From a virus (Duplodnaviria > Caudoviricetes), in IMG/VR virus record IMGVR_UViG_2740892201_000001, positions 1-64,000 of that record: DNA of 64,000 nt; one strand, 5' to 3'. Each line of letters begins with the position of its first letter. Position 1 is the first letter of the stretch. The translations under genes were made by a program, and so were the position numbers. Below the pieces are notes generated by a model, which did not search any database, was not told the DNA's origin, and saw only the letters and a list, made by a program, of their open reading frames with translations. Shown here piece by piece: positions 9,151 to 18,019 of this stretch.

Positions 9151-9453
9151 ATGATGGAAATTGCAAGCTATCGCAAAAAGGCGAGAGAGATTGAAAGCCA
9201 GTTACTGAACAAACTGGCTGAACGTGGACAGGGAACACTGGCGAAGGTGCTGGACCTGGACGACGCAGCTGTAAGCCGCATGAAGCGCCCATCAGGAAAG
9301 CAGCGTCACAGCTTCTTCCAGATGATGAGTCTGGCGCTGGCGTATCTGGATGTGGTGTCACCGGAGTCGGAAATGGCTCAGAGGTTGTTGCGTATTGAGC
9401 AGCTACTGACAAAAGAAAAAGCCCCGAGCTGCGCTAACAGCTTCGAGGCCTGA
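9151..9453 (+). CDS. cII: CII-like activator
   Basis: ARE IES.LLNKLA..GQ..LA..L......VSRMK; position after nutR. Confidence 0.8.
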   Translation: MMEIASYRKKAREIESQLLNKLAERGQGTLAKVLDLDDAAVSRMKRPSGKQRHSFFQMMSLALAYLDVVSPESEMAQRLLRIEQLLTKEKAPSCANSFEA

Positions 9454-9490
9454 TGCACGAATCTTACTGGATCAACGTGCAGGAGTAATT

Positions 9491-10330
9491 ATGAGTTCTT
9501 TATTATCGCTTTACAAGGCAAAAGAGAAAAACGGCACGGAAACAACGGTTAAGAAAACATTTCTGGTACCGCTGGCTGAGCTTTACGTCGAGCCGGGCTA
9601 CAACGTTCGTGAAATCGACCAGGAGCACGTCGCTGAATTCCGCGATGCTTTCATCGCAGGTGAATTTGTTCCGCCGCTGGCGGTACAGGTGACAGAGCAG
9701 GGCATCAAGATTATCGACGGCCACCATCGGTATTACGGCGCAAAAATGGCGTCTGAAGCCGGACACGAAATACCGCGTCTTGAGTGCAAGGACTTCTCAG
9801 GTTCTGAAGCTGATCGCATTGCATTCATGGTCACCAGCTCACAGGGTAAAGCGCTTTCTCCTCTGGAGCGCGCGGCGGCATATCAGCGCCTGCTGAATCA
9901 GGGATGGACGCCAGCTGAGATTGCCAAGAAGGTTAAGCGCTCTCCGGCAGATGTGGATCAGCATCTTCAGCTACTGGAGTGTGGCGATGGCCTGATAGCC
10001 ATGGTGAAGGCTGGCGAGGTAGCACCGACAACGGCTGTCGCACTCTCGCGTGAGCATGGCCCGAAAGCGGAAGCCGTGGCGCAGGTTCAGATGGAGAAGG
10101 CTAAAGCCGCAGGAAAAACCAAACTGACGCGCTCAGCAGCTATTCCTCAGTTCAGCGCAGCCAAAGCACGCCGCCTGGCTGAATTATTGGTTGATGCTGA
10201 GTTTGACCGTGATGGCGGCTTCGACAGCCTGATCCTTTCTCATGGCACCACTGAAGAGATAAAGCGGATTCTCGCTGATTATCGCTCAGGCATTCCTTCT
10301 GACGGGGGCGGCGATGAATCTTGCGCATGA
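9491..10330 (+). CDS. ParB/Srx N-terminal domain protein
   Basis: YNVR, IIDGHHR, LSPLERA, HTH; paralogous to N-terminus of 55257-56720. Confidence 0.8.
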   Translation: MSSLLSLYKAKEKNGTETTVKKTFLVPLAELYVEPGYNVREIDQEHVAEFRDAFIAGEFVPPLAVQVTEQGIKIIDGHHRYYGAKMASEAGHEIPRLECKDFSGSEADRIAFMVTSSQGKALSPLERAAAYQRLLNQGWTPAEIAKKVKRSPADVDQHLQLLECGDGLIAMVKAGEVAPTTAVALSREHGPKAEAVAQVQMEKAKAAGKTKLTRSAAIPQFSAAKARRLAELLVDAEFDRDGGFDSLILSHGTTEEIKRILADYRSGIPSDGGGDESCA

Positions 10331-11237
10331 CAATGTATCACCAATCAGGCCCGCTCTCAGGGCCGTGGAGCAACGTGTGGCAGATACAGACGATGGATAC
10401 ACGCGTCTGGCAAACGAGCTGTACGAAGAGCTGATAGGGGCCAACCTGACCAGGAATCAGGCGAAGGTTGCGCATGCTGTTTGCCGGAAAACATACGGCT
10501 TCAACAAAAAGATGGATCGCATTGCTGACAGCCAGATTAGCCAGATTACCCGGCTGCCCAGGCAGAAGGTAAACAAGGCAAAAAATGAGTTAATTCAGAT
10601 GGGTGTATTGGTCCGGGAAGGCATGCTAATCGGTCCGAATAAGAATCTCACAGAGTGGGAAATTCCAGAGTGTCACCAAGATGGTGTCACTGTCACCAAA
10701 TCAGTGACAAAAAGTGTCACCAAAACGGTGACAGGGTTGTCACCAAAACAGGGACACACAAAAGACACTATTACAAAAGACAAGAAAGACAGTAAACATA
10801 CGTCAGAGGATTCTGGCGAATCCTCCGACACACCCCTGAAGAATCTACCGGTCATTCGGCCTGAAGCAGCTACCCATTCACCGAAAGGTGACAAGTGGGG
10901 AACAGCTGACGACCTGAAGGCTGCCGAGTGGATTTTCAGTAAAGTGCAGATGGTCACCCCGACAGCACAACAACCAAACTGGCCCGCCTGGGCTAACGAC
11001 ATCCGCCTGATGAGAGGCGCCCTTGAGGCAACGCATCACGATATCTGCGAAACCTTCAAGTGGGCCAACGCCGATCACTTCTGGCAGACCAATATCCTCA
11101 GCCCTGCAAAACTCCGCGCCAAATGGGACACACTCCGGGCGCAGATGAGCCAGCCAGGGCGTAACCGGCAGTCAGCGCCTCAGCAACCCGCTCAGCACTG
11201 GAACAGCCGCGAAGCCTGGGAGAATGAATTCCTATGA
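10314..11237 (+). CDS. O: Lambda O-like replication initiator
   Basis: VADTDDGYTRLANEL, RKTYGFNKK.DRI, WANDIRLMR, FWQTNILSP.KLR.KW. Confidence 0.93.
   Translation: MNLAHDNVSPIRPALRAVEQRVADTDDGYTRLANELYEELIGANLTRNQAKVAHAVCRKTYGFNKKMDRIADSQISQITRLPRQKVNKAKNELIQMGVLVREGMLIGPNKNLTEWEIPECHQDGVTVTKSVTKSVTKTVTGLSPKQGHTKDTITKDKKDSKHTSEDSGESSDTPLKNLPVIRPEAATHSPKGDKWGTADDLKAAEWIFSKVQMVTPTAQQPNWPAWANDIRLMRGALEATHHDICETFKWANADHFWQTNILSPAKLRAKWDTLRAQMSQPGRNRQSAPQQPAQHWNSREAWENEFL
10671..10756. repeat. Replication origin iterons (TGTCACCAA-N-GTGACA, four copies)
   Basis: Four repeats in the middle of O followed by A-rich tract. Confidence 0.85.
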
Positions 11238-11938
11238 GAAATCTCGTATCAGCAATTCAGAACCGTGATGCAGGCGCACTGGCTCGCATTGCAGGAGATG
11301 GCCCGCGCCCGGTTGAGCGTGGAGTGCATGAAGACGTTGAGCGTCTTGTCGATGCTCTGTTTTCGAACCTGAAGCAGGTGTTTCCGGCATCGGTCAGCAC
11401 TGCATGGCGCAATCCGAACGACGAAGCAGCAGCGAAACGCCAGTGGATCGCCGCCTTCGCTGAGAACGGTATTCACAACAAGCAGCAACTTTCAGCAGGC
11501 ATGAAGCTGGCGCGTGCAAGTGGTTCGCCGTTCCTGCCATCTCCCGGACAGTTTATCGAGTGGTGCAAGCAGGGCGAACATCGCGCCGCGGGTTTGCCAG
11601 CCGATGAAGAGCTTTATGACATGTTCCGTCTGTACTGCCGGGACCGTGGCATGTACGACAGCAGCGAAGAGTTCCCGTGGGAAAGCCCGGCATGTTTTCA
11701 CATGGTGACAGCGGTCTACAACCAGGTGCGCTCATTCAACCTGACTGATGCAGAATGCCGCAAACGCCTGGGCGATGAGCTGCGCAAGATGTCCCGCCGC
11801 ATTGAGTCTGGTGAGGTCATCCCTCCACCGCGCAAACAGATTCCTCAACTCCACATCCCAACCGGTAACGAAAAGGCACTGGATCATCTTGCCGACATTC
11901 GCCGCCGCTTTGGTCTGAAGGGTGGCCGCCATGACTGA
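11234..11938 (+). CDS. P: Lambda P-like helicase loader
   Basis: KRQWI.AFAENGI, PFLPSPGQFI.WCK. Confidence 0.92.
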   Translation: MRNLVSAIQNRDAGALARIAGDGPRPVERGVHEDVERLVDALFSNLKQVFPASVSTAWRNPNDEAAAKRQWIAAFAENGIHNKQQLSAGMKLARASGSPFLPSPGQFIEWCKQGEHRAAGLPADEELYDMFRLYCRDRGMYDSSEEFPWESPACFHMVTAVYNQVRSFNLTDAECRKRLGDELRKMSRRIESGEVIPPPRKQIPQLHIPTGNEKALDHLADIRRRFGLKGGRHD

Positions 11939-12083
11939 AATGAACCGTATCCGCTTTGAGCGACTGTATCGCAGCGTTCACGGTGACAAGCACAACCTGA
12001 CCCGATCACATCTTGGCTATCAGGATGCTGTGGTAGACCGGGCGTTTTTCTTCTGGCTTGAGGGAAGGGAGAGTGCCGCATGA
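11931..12083 (+). CDS. Hypothetical protein (50 aa)
   Basis: Manual translation MTEMNRIRFERLYRS...; fills gap with coupled overlaps. Confidence 0.6.
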   Translation: MTEMNRIRFERLYRSVHGDKHNLTRSHLGYQDAVVDRAFFFWLEGRESAA

Positions 12084-12304
12084 CACAGGTAACTCAACTG
12101 GTAATCACACAGCCGCTGATGCGTCAGGCCCGTAACATTCAGCTGGCAATTATCGACCTGGCTAAGAAGCGCGACCTGAAGCCTGAGCAGTTCCGGGCCC
12201 ACCTGAACGCTATCGACATGCTGGCGCGTGAAGCACATGACCTGATGGTTGACGCGGAAGATGAGCAGCAGCCAGCCAAAGGCCAGAAACGGGGAGGATT
12301 TTGA
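12080..12304 (+). CDS. Hypothetical protein
   Basis: 74 aa, ATGA overlap, SD present. Confidence 0.7.
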   Translation: MTQVTQLVITQPLMRQARNIQLAIIDLAKKRDLKPEQFRAHLNAIDMLAREAHDLMVDAEDEQQPAKGQKRGGF

Positions 12305-12305
12305 T

Positions 12306-12497
12306 ATGAGCAAAGAATTACCGACGGTTGTTGCAGAGAACCTCATGACCATCGCGCCAGACCTGACGATTAAAGTTGTTGTTCTCAGTAACGGGCAGCG
12401 GGTCATCCCTGAGGATGATATGAAGCGGGCCTGTGAGTGGCTCGGAGTAGACCTCAGCAGCCTTGAAGTCGATGCCTTTTTCCGGGTGCAGGATTAA
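12306..12497 (+). CDS. Hypothetical protein (VL.NGQRVI motif), start MSKELP
   Basis: GGAGG SD before 12306. Confidence 0.6.
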   Translation: MSKELPTVVAENLMTIAPDLTIKVVVLSNGQRVIPEDDMKRACEWLGVDLSSLEVDAFFRVQD

Positions 12498-12513
12498 AAG
12501 TTAAAGGTGAACC

Positions 12514-12708
12514 ATGAACAACGTAATCCCCTTAAAACGCTCTGAGCACGTCATATCGGACGCGGAGCTGGATAAGCTGGCTATCGATATCAGCCGGTTC
12601 GCTCAGAAGCATGCAGGCACACTCAGCCTGAGCCACGGCATCAGGAAGTTACTCAGCGACGCATTAAAGCGAGACAAACGCGATGGAGAAAGCAACGTTC
12701 CTGCTTAG
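12514..12708 (+). CDS. Hypothetical protein
   Basis: 64 aa, AGGTG SD. Confidence 0.6.
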   Translation: MNNVIPLKRSEHVISDAELDKLAIDISRFAQKHAGTLSLSHGIRKLLSDALKRDKRDGESNVPA

Positions 12709-13117
12709 GAGCGACAACATCCGACAGAACTGCATCACCGCCATCCAGCAACTACCCGCCAATCCCGACAAGCCTCTGCAGGTAACCATCCAGGAAGACA
12801 CCAGAAGCCTTGCGCAAAACCGCATGCTTTGGGCCTGCCTGCATGATGTATCAAGCCAGGTGGTGTGGTACGGGAAGAAACTCGACGCAGAGAGCTGGAA
12901 GCATATTTTCAGCGCCAGCCTGAAAGGGCAGGAGACGGTGCCGGGTATCAATGGCGGCTTCGTGGTGCTGGGCCAGTCAACAAGCAAAATGCGCGTCAGT
13001 GAGATGCGTGACCTAATCACACTTATCCATGCCTTCGGTGCCGAGCGGAACGTCAGGTTTAGCGACGAGTCAGCGCGGGCGGCTGAATGGGCTAATCGAT
13101 TCGGGAGTAGAGCATGA
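12683..13117 (+). CDS. ninB: NinB/Orf recombination mediator
   Basis: RSLAQN.MLWACL.DVS.QV.W.G, GQSTSKMRV.EM..LI. Confidence 0.92.
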   Translation: MEKATFLLRSDNIRQNCITAIQQLPANPDKPLQVTIQEDTRSLAQNRMLWACLHDVSSQVVWYGKKLDAESWKHIFSASLKGQETVPGINGGFVVLGQSTSKMRVSEMRDLITLIHAFGAERNVRFSDESARAAEWANRFGSRA

Positions 13118-13419
13118 GCAAATTAACCACTGCAATTCTGGATGTGCTTTCTGATGGTGAATGGCACACCTCCAAAGAAATCACCGACCGCGCCTGCGTG
13201 ATGGCCTCAGCTAAGCGAAAAAACGTGGCTGTAGCTCTTCACGACATGACTGACAGCAACAAGATAAAACGTCAGCGGTTTGGCAATACCGACCACGATT
13301 ACCAGTACCGCATGGGAACGGTAAACATGGGCTTTGGCCGCAGCTACAACATGGCGATGCTGGACAGTCTGTTATCAACCGTCAGAGGTGCTCATGCGAA
13401 TGACATGGTTCGTGCATGA
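13114..13419 (+). CDS. Winged-HTH hypothetical protein
   Basis: ILDVLSDGEWHTSKEI pattern. Confidence 0.65.
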   Translation: MSKLTTAILDVLSDGEWHTSKEITDRACVMASAKRKNVAVALHDMTDSNKIKRQRFGNTDHDYQYRMGTVNMGFGRSYNMAMLDSLLSTVRGAHANDMVRA

Positions 13420-13594
13420 CCCTGTAGACACTGACACCGCCGCCGAACTCCTTTCCCGCTACGCCTCCCGTAATATCAAAACTCAGAAGACCCTCTCAGC
13501 AGACCCACGCCTGTGGCTGGTGAGCGCCTTGCTGCCTGAGTTCCGGGAAGAGCCAAAACCTAGCCGTCAGTATAAAAACCCAATGTGGAGCTGA
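13394..13594 (+). CDS. Conserved nin-region hypothetical protein
   Basis: GAGGT SD; TWF.H...A.EL..RY...W.VSA.LPE pattern. Confidence 0.65.
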   Translation: MRMTWFVHDPVDTDTAAELLSRYASRNIKTQKTLSADPRLWLVSALLPEFREEPKPSRQYKNPMWS

Positions 13595-13596
13595 AG

Positions 13597-13851
13597 ATGA
13601 AAATCCTATGGAACACCTTGCTTCGTGCCTCTGCCTTTGCGGCTGAAAAGCTATATGGCGAGAAAGTAACGCAGGTCGATGTCTGGCTGGAAAGCGGCCG
13701 GCAGTTAATGCTGATGGACCGCGATGAATCGGAGAGGCTGGTCCGGGTATGTCGACAGCTGAAAGACGAGTGGACTGAGCAGGAAAAGCAGGAACTGCGT
13801 CAGGCTATCAGTACCATCCGTCAGCATGAAAAGGGGCATCCTAATGCGTGA
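13597..13851 (+). CDS. Hypothetical protein
   Basis: GGAG SD; in operon. Confidence 0.6.
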   Translation: MKILWNTLLRASAFAAEKLYGEKVTQVDVWLESGRQLMLMDRDESERLVRVCRQLKDEWTEQEKQELRQAISTIRQHEKGHPNA

Positions 13852-14119
13852 GCGCTGCTGCCGCTGCCACACCATCCTCACCTCAGAAGACAAGTATCAC
13901 TACGGGGCCAACTGCGAAAACTGCGAGGTAGATCGCCGCTATGAAGACCACGAACGGGACCAGCCAATCAAGTCAGCCTACTGGCGCTGGCGAGCCATCT
14001 GCTTCTGTGTGCGCTTTCTGTTCTGCGGCGCTGCCAGAGTCAGTGGTGTACTGCTGCACAAGCTGCGAAATAAGCCTGATGCAGGACCCACACTTTCGGA
14101 TGTGCGGAGAGAGCCATGA
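13844..14119 (+). CDS. Cys-rich hypothetical protein
   Basis: CxxC...CxxC; coupled start. Confidence 0.5.
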   Translation: MRERCCRCHTILTSEDKYHYGANCENCEVDRRYEDHERDQPIKSAYWRWRAICFCVRFLFCGAARVSGVLLHKLRNKPDAGPTLSDVRREP

Positions 14120-14123
14120 GTGA
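13941..14123 (+). CDS. NinF-like zinc finger (overlapping frame)
   Basis: CAFC...VYCC.SC...LM.DP resembles NinF. Confidence 0.5.
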   Translation: MKTTNGTSQSSQPTGAGEPSASVCAFCSAALPESVVYCCTSCEISLMQDPHFRMCGESHE

Positions 14124-14364
14124 CCAAAAAATACAGATAATTTGTGGGGTTCTGCCGGCTCTATTGCGACAGCTGGTTGCGGATAATGAAGTAGTTGTTA
14201 TCGACAGCATCGCTCGAAGCAGAGTGTCAGTTAAAGCTCTCGAAATGCCATCTGCTGCAAGTTTTGAGCGCACGCAAGAGGCATGGCAGGAGAAACCTAA
14301 TCGCCGAGCAGGTTTTGCATCAGCACGTAGGCAGGCGAAGAAAAACAGGAGACGTCATGGCTAA
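14116..14364 (+). CDS. Hypothetical protein
   Basis: 82 aa, GGAG SD, basic C-terminus. Confidence 0.6.
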   Translation: MSDQKIQIICGVLPALLRQLVADNEVVVIDSIARSRVSVKALEMPSAASFERTQEAWQEKPNRRAGFASARRQAKKNRRRHG

Positions 14365-14992
14365 AGGCGCCAAGCTGCCGAAGCCGAAGAAATGCCCTAT
14401 CTGCTCCACCGAATACACCCCCCGAAGTTCACTCCAGAAAGTCTGCCACAACTACCGATGCGCCATGAAATTCACCGCTATACGTGAAGCGGAGAAGCGT
14501 GTGCGTGAAGCAGGAAAAGAGGCAAGACGGCAAAGAGATGACCTTAAGCGAAGGAGGGAAGGGTTGAAAACCCAGGCGGACTGGATGAAAGAGGCTCAGG
14601 CAGCATTTAACCGGTACATCAGATGGCGCGACCACGGTAAAGATTGTGCAAGTCATGATGGGCCACTTATCAGCAACAGCAATTACCTCACCGGCAGTGC
14701 AGTAGACGCCAGTCACTACCGCTCACGCGGCGCAGCACCCCACCTCAGGTTTAACGTTTTCAACGTCCACGCTGCTTGCACCCGGTGCAACAGGCAGTTA
14801 AGCGGCAACGCAGTTGAGTTCAGGATACGCCTGATTAAGCGCATAGGCCTTGAGCGCGTAGAGAGACTTGAGGCAGACAACACACCACGCAAATTCGATA
14901 TCGAGTACCTGAAGCGGGTGAAAGCCATATTCACGCGCCGGGCACGCCATTACGAGAAATTGCGTAAACGTCAGATGGAGCGTGCAGCATGA
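14357..14992 (+). CDS. ninG: NinG/Rap junction endonuclease
   Basis: KKC..C, AQAAFN.YIR.RD, DASHYRSRG, LRF...N.H..C..CN..LSGN. Confidence 0.9.
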   Translation: MAKGAKLPKPKKCPICSTEYTPRSSLQKVCHNYRCAMKFTAIREAEKRVREAGKEARRQRDDLKRRREGLKTQADWMKEAQAAFNRYIRWRDHGKDCASHDGPLISNSNYLTGSAVDASHYRSRGAAPHLRFNVFNVHAACTRCNRQLSGNAVEFRIRLIKRIGLERVERLEADNTPRKFDIEYLKRVKAIFTRRARHYEKLRKRQMERAA

Positions 14993-15111
14993 CCCAATAC
15001 CTCAGAGAAAAGTGGCTCAGGCTACTGCTCAACTTCAGACCAATCACCCCAGCCATTCAGCCCGCTCACATTCAATCGTGGGACATCCAGCCTAAGAGGA
15101 AGAAACGATGA
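14989..15111 (+). CDS. YlcG-like small protein (40 aa)
   Basis: MTQYLREKWLRL...; ATGA overlaps at both ends. Confidence 0.5.
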   Translation: MTQYLREKWLRLLLNFRPITPAIQPAHIQSWDIQPKRKKR

Positions 15112-15875
15112 GTCTTGAAGCAACCGTTAAGTACCACTTCCCGAAGACAGCAAGCTTTGCAGGTATGCCGCCTGCAACAGCCTCAGACGCATTATCTGGC
15201 ACTGACTACATGGCAGCAATGGGAATGACGCAAAGTCGCGCTCCGCTGGGTTACAGTGCGTTTATGGGGAAAGTTGGAGTAAGCGATAACGACGCCCGAC
15301 GCGCCGTATCGTTATTAACTGAATATGCCTTGAGTACCTGCGATAAGGTTGCCGCCCTTCGCAAGCTAGACCCAGATGTTAAACCAGCTGTAATGCAAAC
15401 TCTCGCAACTTATGCGTACATGGATTATTGCCGCAGTGCGGCCAGCGTCAAACCGTGCGAATGCTGCCAGGCTAAAGGATTTATTGAGGCTGACGTGTTC
15501 AGTATGAAGTCGCCGCTTTCGGGTGGCGCCGCTCGGAGTGTGAAGGAAGTCGTCCGGGTTCTCTGCAAGACCTGTAACGGTAAGGGCGTCGTGTCGTCGT
15601 CATGCCGGGACTGCTGCGGGAGGGGGCGGGCGGTTGATCGCAAGTTGACTGAAGAGCAGGGCGTGCCGGTGATGGGCGACTGTAAGCGATGCTGTGGTCG
15701 TGGGTATGAGCGTATCCCATCGACTGACGTGCATCGAACCGTGGATGGATTAACTGACGCGATATCTCTCGACACCTGGAAGAAGTCGGTAAAGCCATTC
15801 TATGACGGGCTTATCGGCAAGATTGAGATTGAGGAATCGTGGGCCAATGCCTCGCTAAATAAGGTCACAGGATAG
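15108..15875 (+). CDS. Q: Late antiterminator Q (zinc-finger type)
   Basis: DYCRSAAS, repeated CxxCxGxG; followed by PR' and tR'. Confidence 0.9.
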   Translation: MSLEATVKYHFPKTASFAGMPPATASDALSGTDYMAAMGMTQSRAPLGYSAFMGKVGVSDNDARRAVSLLTEYALSTCDKVAALRKLDPDVKPAVMQTLATYAYMDYCRSAASVKPCECCQAKGFIEADVFSMKSPLSGGAARSVKEVVRVLCKTCNGKGVVSSSCRDCCGRGRAVDRKLTEEQGVPVMGDCKRCCGRGYERIPSTDVHRTVDGLTDAISLDTWKKSVKPFYDGLIGKIEIEESWANASLNKVTG

Positions 15876-15912
15876 CGCAATCAGAAATAGCTCATTATTT
15901 TATCGTGGGCTA

Positions 15913-15941
15913 TTTACTTTTCCCGAAACTGGGGATATGAT
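15913..15941 (+). promoter_or_regulatory. Late promoter PR' (TTTACT-17-TATGAT)
   Basis: Sigma70 match immediately after Q. Confidence 0.7.
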
Positions 15942-16017
15942 TCCCAACAGTTGAAGTTGCGCGCTGTTGTTTAACGCGGTAACTTAATCCAGTCAGTTCC
16001 ATCGATTTGTGATAATC

Positions 16018-16060
16018 AAAGCGCCTTACGGTCTCACCAACTGCGAGGGCGTTTTTTATT
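16018..16060 (+). terminator. tR' terminator
   Basis: GCGCCTT...GAGGGCGT stem plus T-tract. Confidence 0.75.
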
Positions 16061-16131
16061 TCTATACCCTGCAGAGGATAAGCAATACCGCATACCCTGT
16101 AGCGGATAAGTAACACCACTGAACTATTCCA

Positions 16132-16166
16132 AAAGGTCGCCATTAGAGCGGCCTTTTCTCGTTTTT
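16132..16166 (+). terminator. Second late-leader terminator
   Basis: AAAAGGTCGC-N7-GCGGCCTTTT. Confidence 0.7.
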
Positions 16167-16271
16167 CGCCCATGCCAATCAAAATCGACTCTCACCTTTT
16201 CCTGTGTGGCATCGGGCGATCTTTTCTTCTAACAGCAATGAGCCGGTCTCACCGGGTTGCCGGAGACGGCT

Positions 16272-16685
16272 ATGGCAGCAGAATTCTTCTCAAAAGAGAT
16301 ACTCCTCGGGCTGGGCGGCGCTCTGTCGGTTGGCATTAACGGCTGGCTGGCTTTCAGTCGGTACTGGATAAGCAACAGGGCAAAGAACGCCAACGACAAC
16401 CAGCAAATCGACATGCTCGATAAGCAGGAAAAGTACATCGAACGGCTGGAGAAGACCAACTCTGAGCTCAGGGCGGACAATGCCGCCAAGGATGAAACCA
16501 TCCGCCAGTACTGGAAGACGATCGCCGACACTCAGGCCCGCCTGCAGATTATCGAAAGCTCACAGAAGCATCTGGAAGAGCAGAACGAAAGCCTGAAAGC
16601 GCAGGTCAGGGAGCTGACCACATCAAACATGAACCTCGTATCTCAGATAGCTGAGATGCGTAACGAATTGAGGGTATCGCGATGA
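16272..16685 (+). CDS. Single-TM coiled-coil protein, putative holin/antiholin
   Basis: N-terminal hydrophobic segment, long coiled coil; first late gene. Confidence 0.6.
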   Translation: MAAEFFSKEILLGLGGALSVGINGWLAFSRYWISNRAKNANDNQQIDMLDKQEKYIERLEKTNSELRADNAAKDETIRQYWKTIADTQARLQIIESSQKHLEEQNESLKAQVRELTTSNMNLVSQIAEMRNELRVSR

Positions 16686-16921
16686 TTAGAGATAAGAATG
16701 GCGACCCCGTAATCACCTGGCAAATGCTCGTCGTCATTCTGGCGACCACTTTCGGCATCTACGCCTGTGGCGTCGTGTCAGGCTATTTCTACTTCCGCGG
16801 CGAGTATCTGGCTAAAGCTGATGCCCGCGACCGGGTGGTTAACGAAATCAAAAAGCAGGTAGACCAGCTTCCGACTCAGCAGGAGTTAAAGCAGGTTGTG
16901 AAACAGGATGAGAAGAAATGA
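16682..16921 (+). CDS. Single-TM lysis-associated protein
   Basis: 79 aa, one TM, coupled to endolysin. Confidence 0.6.
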   Translation: MIRDKNGDPVITWQMLVVILATTFGIYACGVVSGYFYFRGEYLAKADARDRVVNEIKKQVDQLPTQQELKQVVKQDEKK

Positions 16922-17385
16922 GCCAGATTATCCCGATCCTGAATTTTGAAGAGGGTTTCCGAGCGCGCCCTTATGTTGACAGCGAAGGATACCCGACTGT
17001 CGGAACCGGATTTCTGATTGGGCCTAAGGGCGCTGCAATCAGTAACTACACATTCTCTCTTTCAAAGAACGTCTCAGACGTGTGGCTTCAGGAGCTGGTA
17101 GACACGAAAACAGCAGAGATGAAGGCGTCACCTGCCGTTTATGCCGCACTGAAAAACTGCAACCCGGCGCGCACTGATGTGCTTATCAGCATGGCATATC
17201 AGCTCGGCACTCAGGGGCTGGCAGGTTTCAAAAACACACTGCAAATGATTGCGGTTGGTAACTTCACTGGCGCTGCTGCAGGGATGATGAATAGCCTCTG
17301 GGCGAAGCAGACCCCTAAACGGGCGTTGCGTCACGCTGATGTCATGCGAACCGGTACATACGACGTTTACAAGGGGCTGATATGA
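16918..17385 (+). CDS. Endolysin, GH24 T4-type lysozyme
   Basis: EEG.R..PY.D.EGYPT.G.G, MAYQLG..G, S.WAKQTP.RA. Confidence 0.93.
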   Translation: MSQIIPILNFEEGFRARPYVDSEGYPTVGTGFLIGPKGAAISNYTFSLSKNVSDVWLQELVDTKTAEMKASPAVYAALKNCNPARTDVLISMAYQLGTQGLAGFKNTLQMIAVGNFTGAAAGMMNSLWAKQTPKRALRHADVMRTGTYDVYKGLI

Positions 17386-17726
17386 ACTTCGCTATCTGGC
17401 TCCTCATCATCGTAGCCACCGTGATTGCCGTTCTGCTCATCCGCAAGTACACCAGTCTGGAGTTTGTCGCCCATGCAAAGCTTCTATTCAAGGCGTACAG
17501 CGTATGGCTTGCATCAGCTGGTTCCGCACTTAGCGCGTGGGTGCAGTCATTCCCGCAAAATGCGCTCGATGCATGGAATGTGCTGCCGCCTGATATCAAA
17601 TCGTTTCTGCCTCAAAACTACCTCGGCATGATAGGCGCATTCATGGTAGCGATGGGCGTTATTGCTCAGTTTGTGCGGCAGAAAAAGTTGCTCGCCAGTA
17701 AGCAGGAAATGGAGAGTCAGCCATGA
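17382..17726 (+). CDS. Three-TM putative holin
   Basis: Three hydrophobic segments and basic C-terminus. Confidence 0.65.
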   Translation: MNFAIWLLIIVATVIAVLLIRKYTSLEFVAHAKLLFKAYSVWLASAGSALSAWVQSFPQNALDAWNVLPPDIKSFLPQNYLGMIGAFMVAMGVIAQFVRQKKLLASKQEMESQP

Positions 17727-18019
17727 CGCTTATTACTTCACTGTTCTCAGGTTGGTGGACAGAGATTCTCGCCGGCGCAGCTGTTCTGGTCGCGCTGTTT
17801 GCCAGTTACTTCGGCGGAAAGAAAATCGGCACCACACAGACGCAAGCTAAAGCAGAAGTAACGGCAGCGCAGAAAGAAACCCAGCAGGCTGAAAGGGTAG
17901 CCAAAAAGCAAAGCGAAATTACCCAGGCGGTGAAAAATGTACAGCAGGATAATAACTCTGTTAGCGATGACGATGCTCGCAGCCGGATGCGGGTCAGCAA
18001 ATACCACACCGACGACTGA
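17723..18019 (+). CDS. i-spanin-like protein
   Basis: N-terminal TM plus helical domain; overlapped by lipoprotein ORF. Confidence 0.7.
   Translation: MTLITSLFSGWWTEILAGAAVLVALFASYFGGKKIGTTQTQAKAEVTAAQKETQQAERVAKKQSEITQAVKNVQQDNNSVSDDDARSRMRVSKYHTDD

Noticed and set aside
10671-10756. Repeat array as CRISPR or a novel repeat
   Set aside because: Lies in frame within the O gene at the usual origin position; explained as iterons, as are the repeats at 54103-54238
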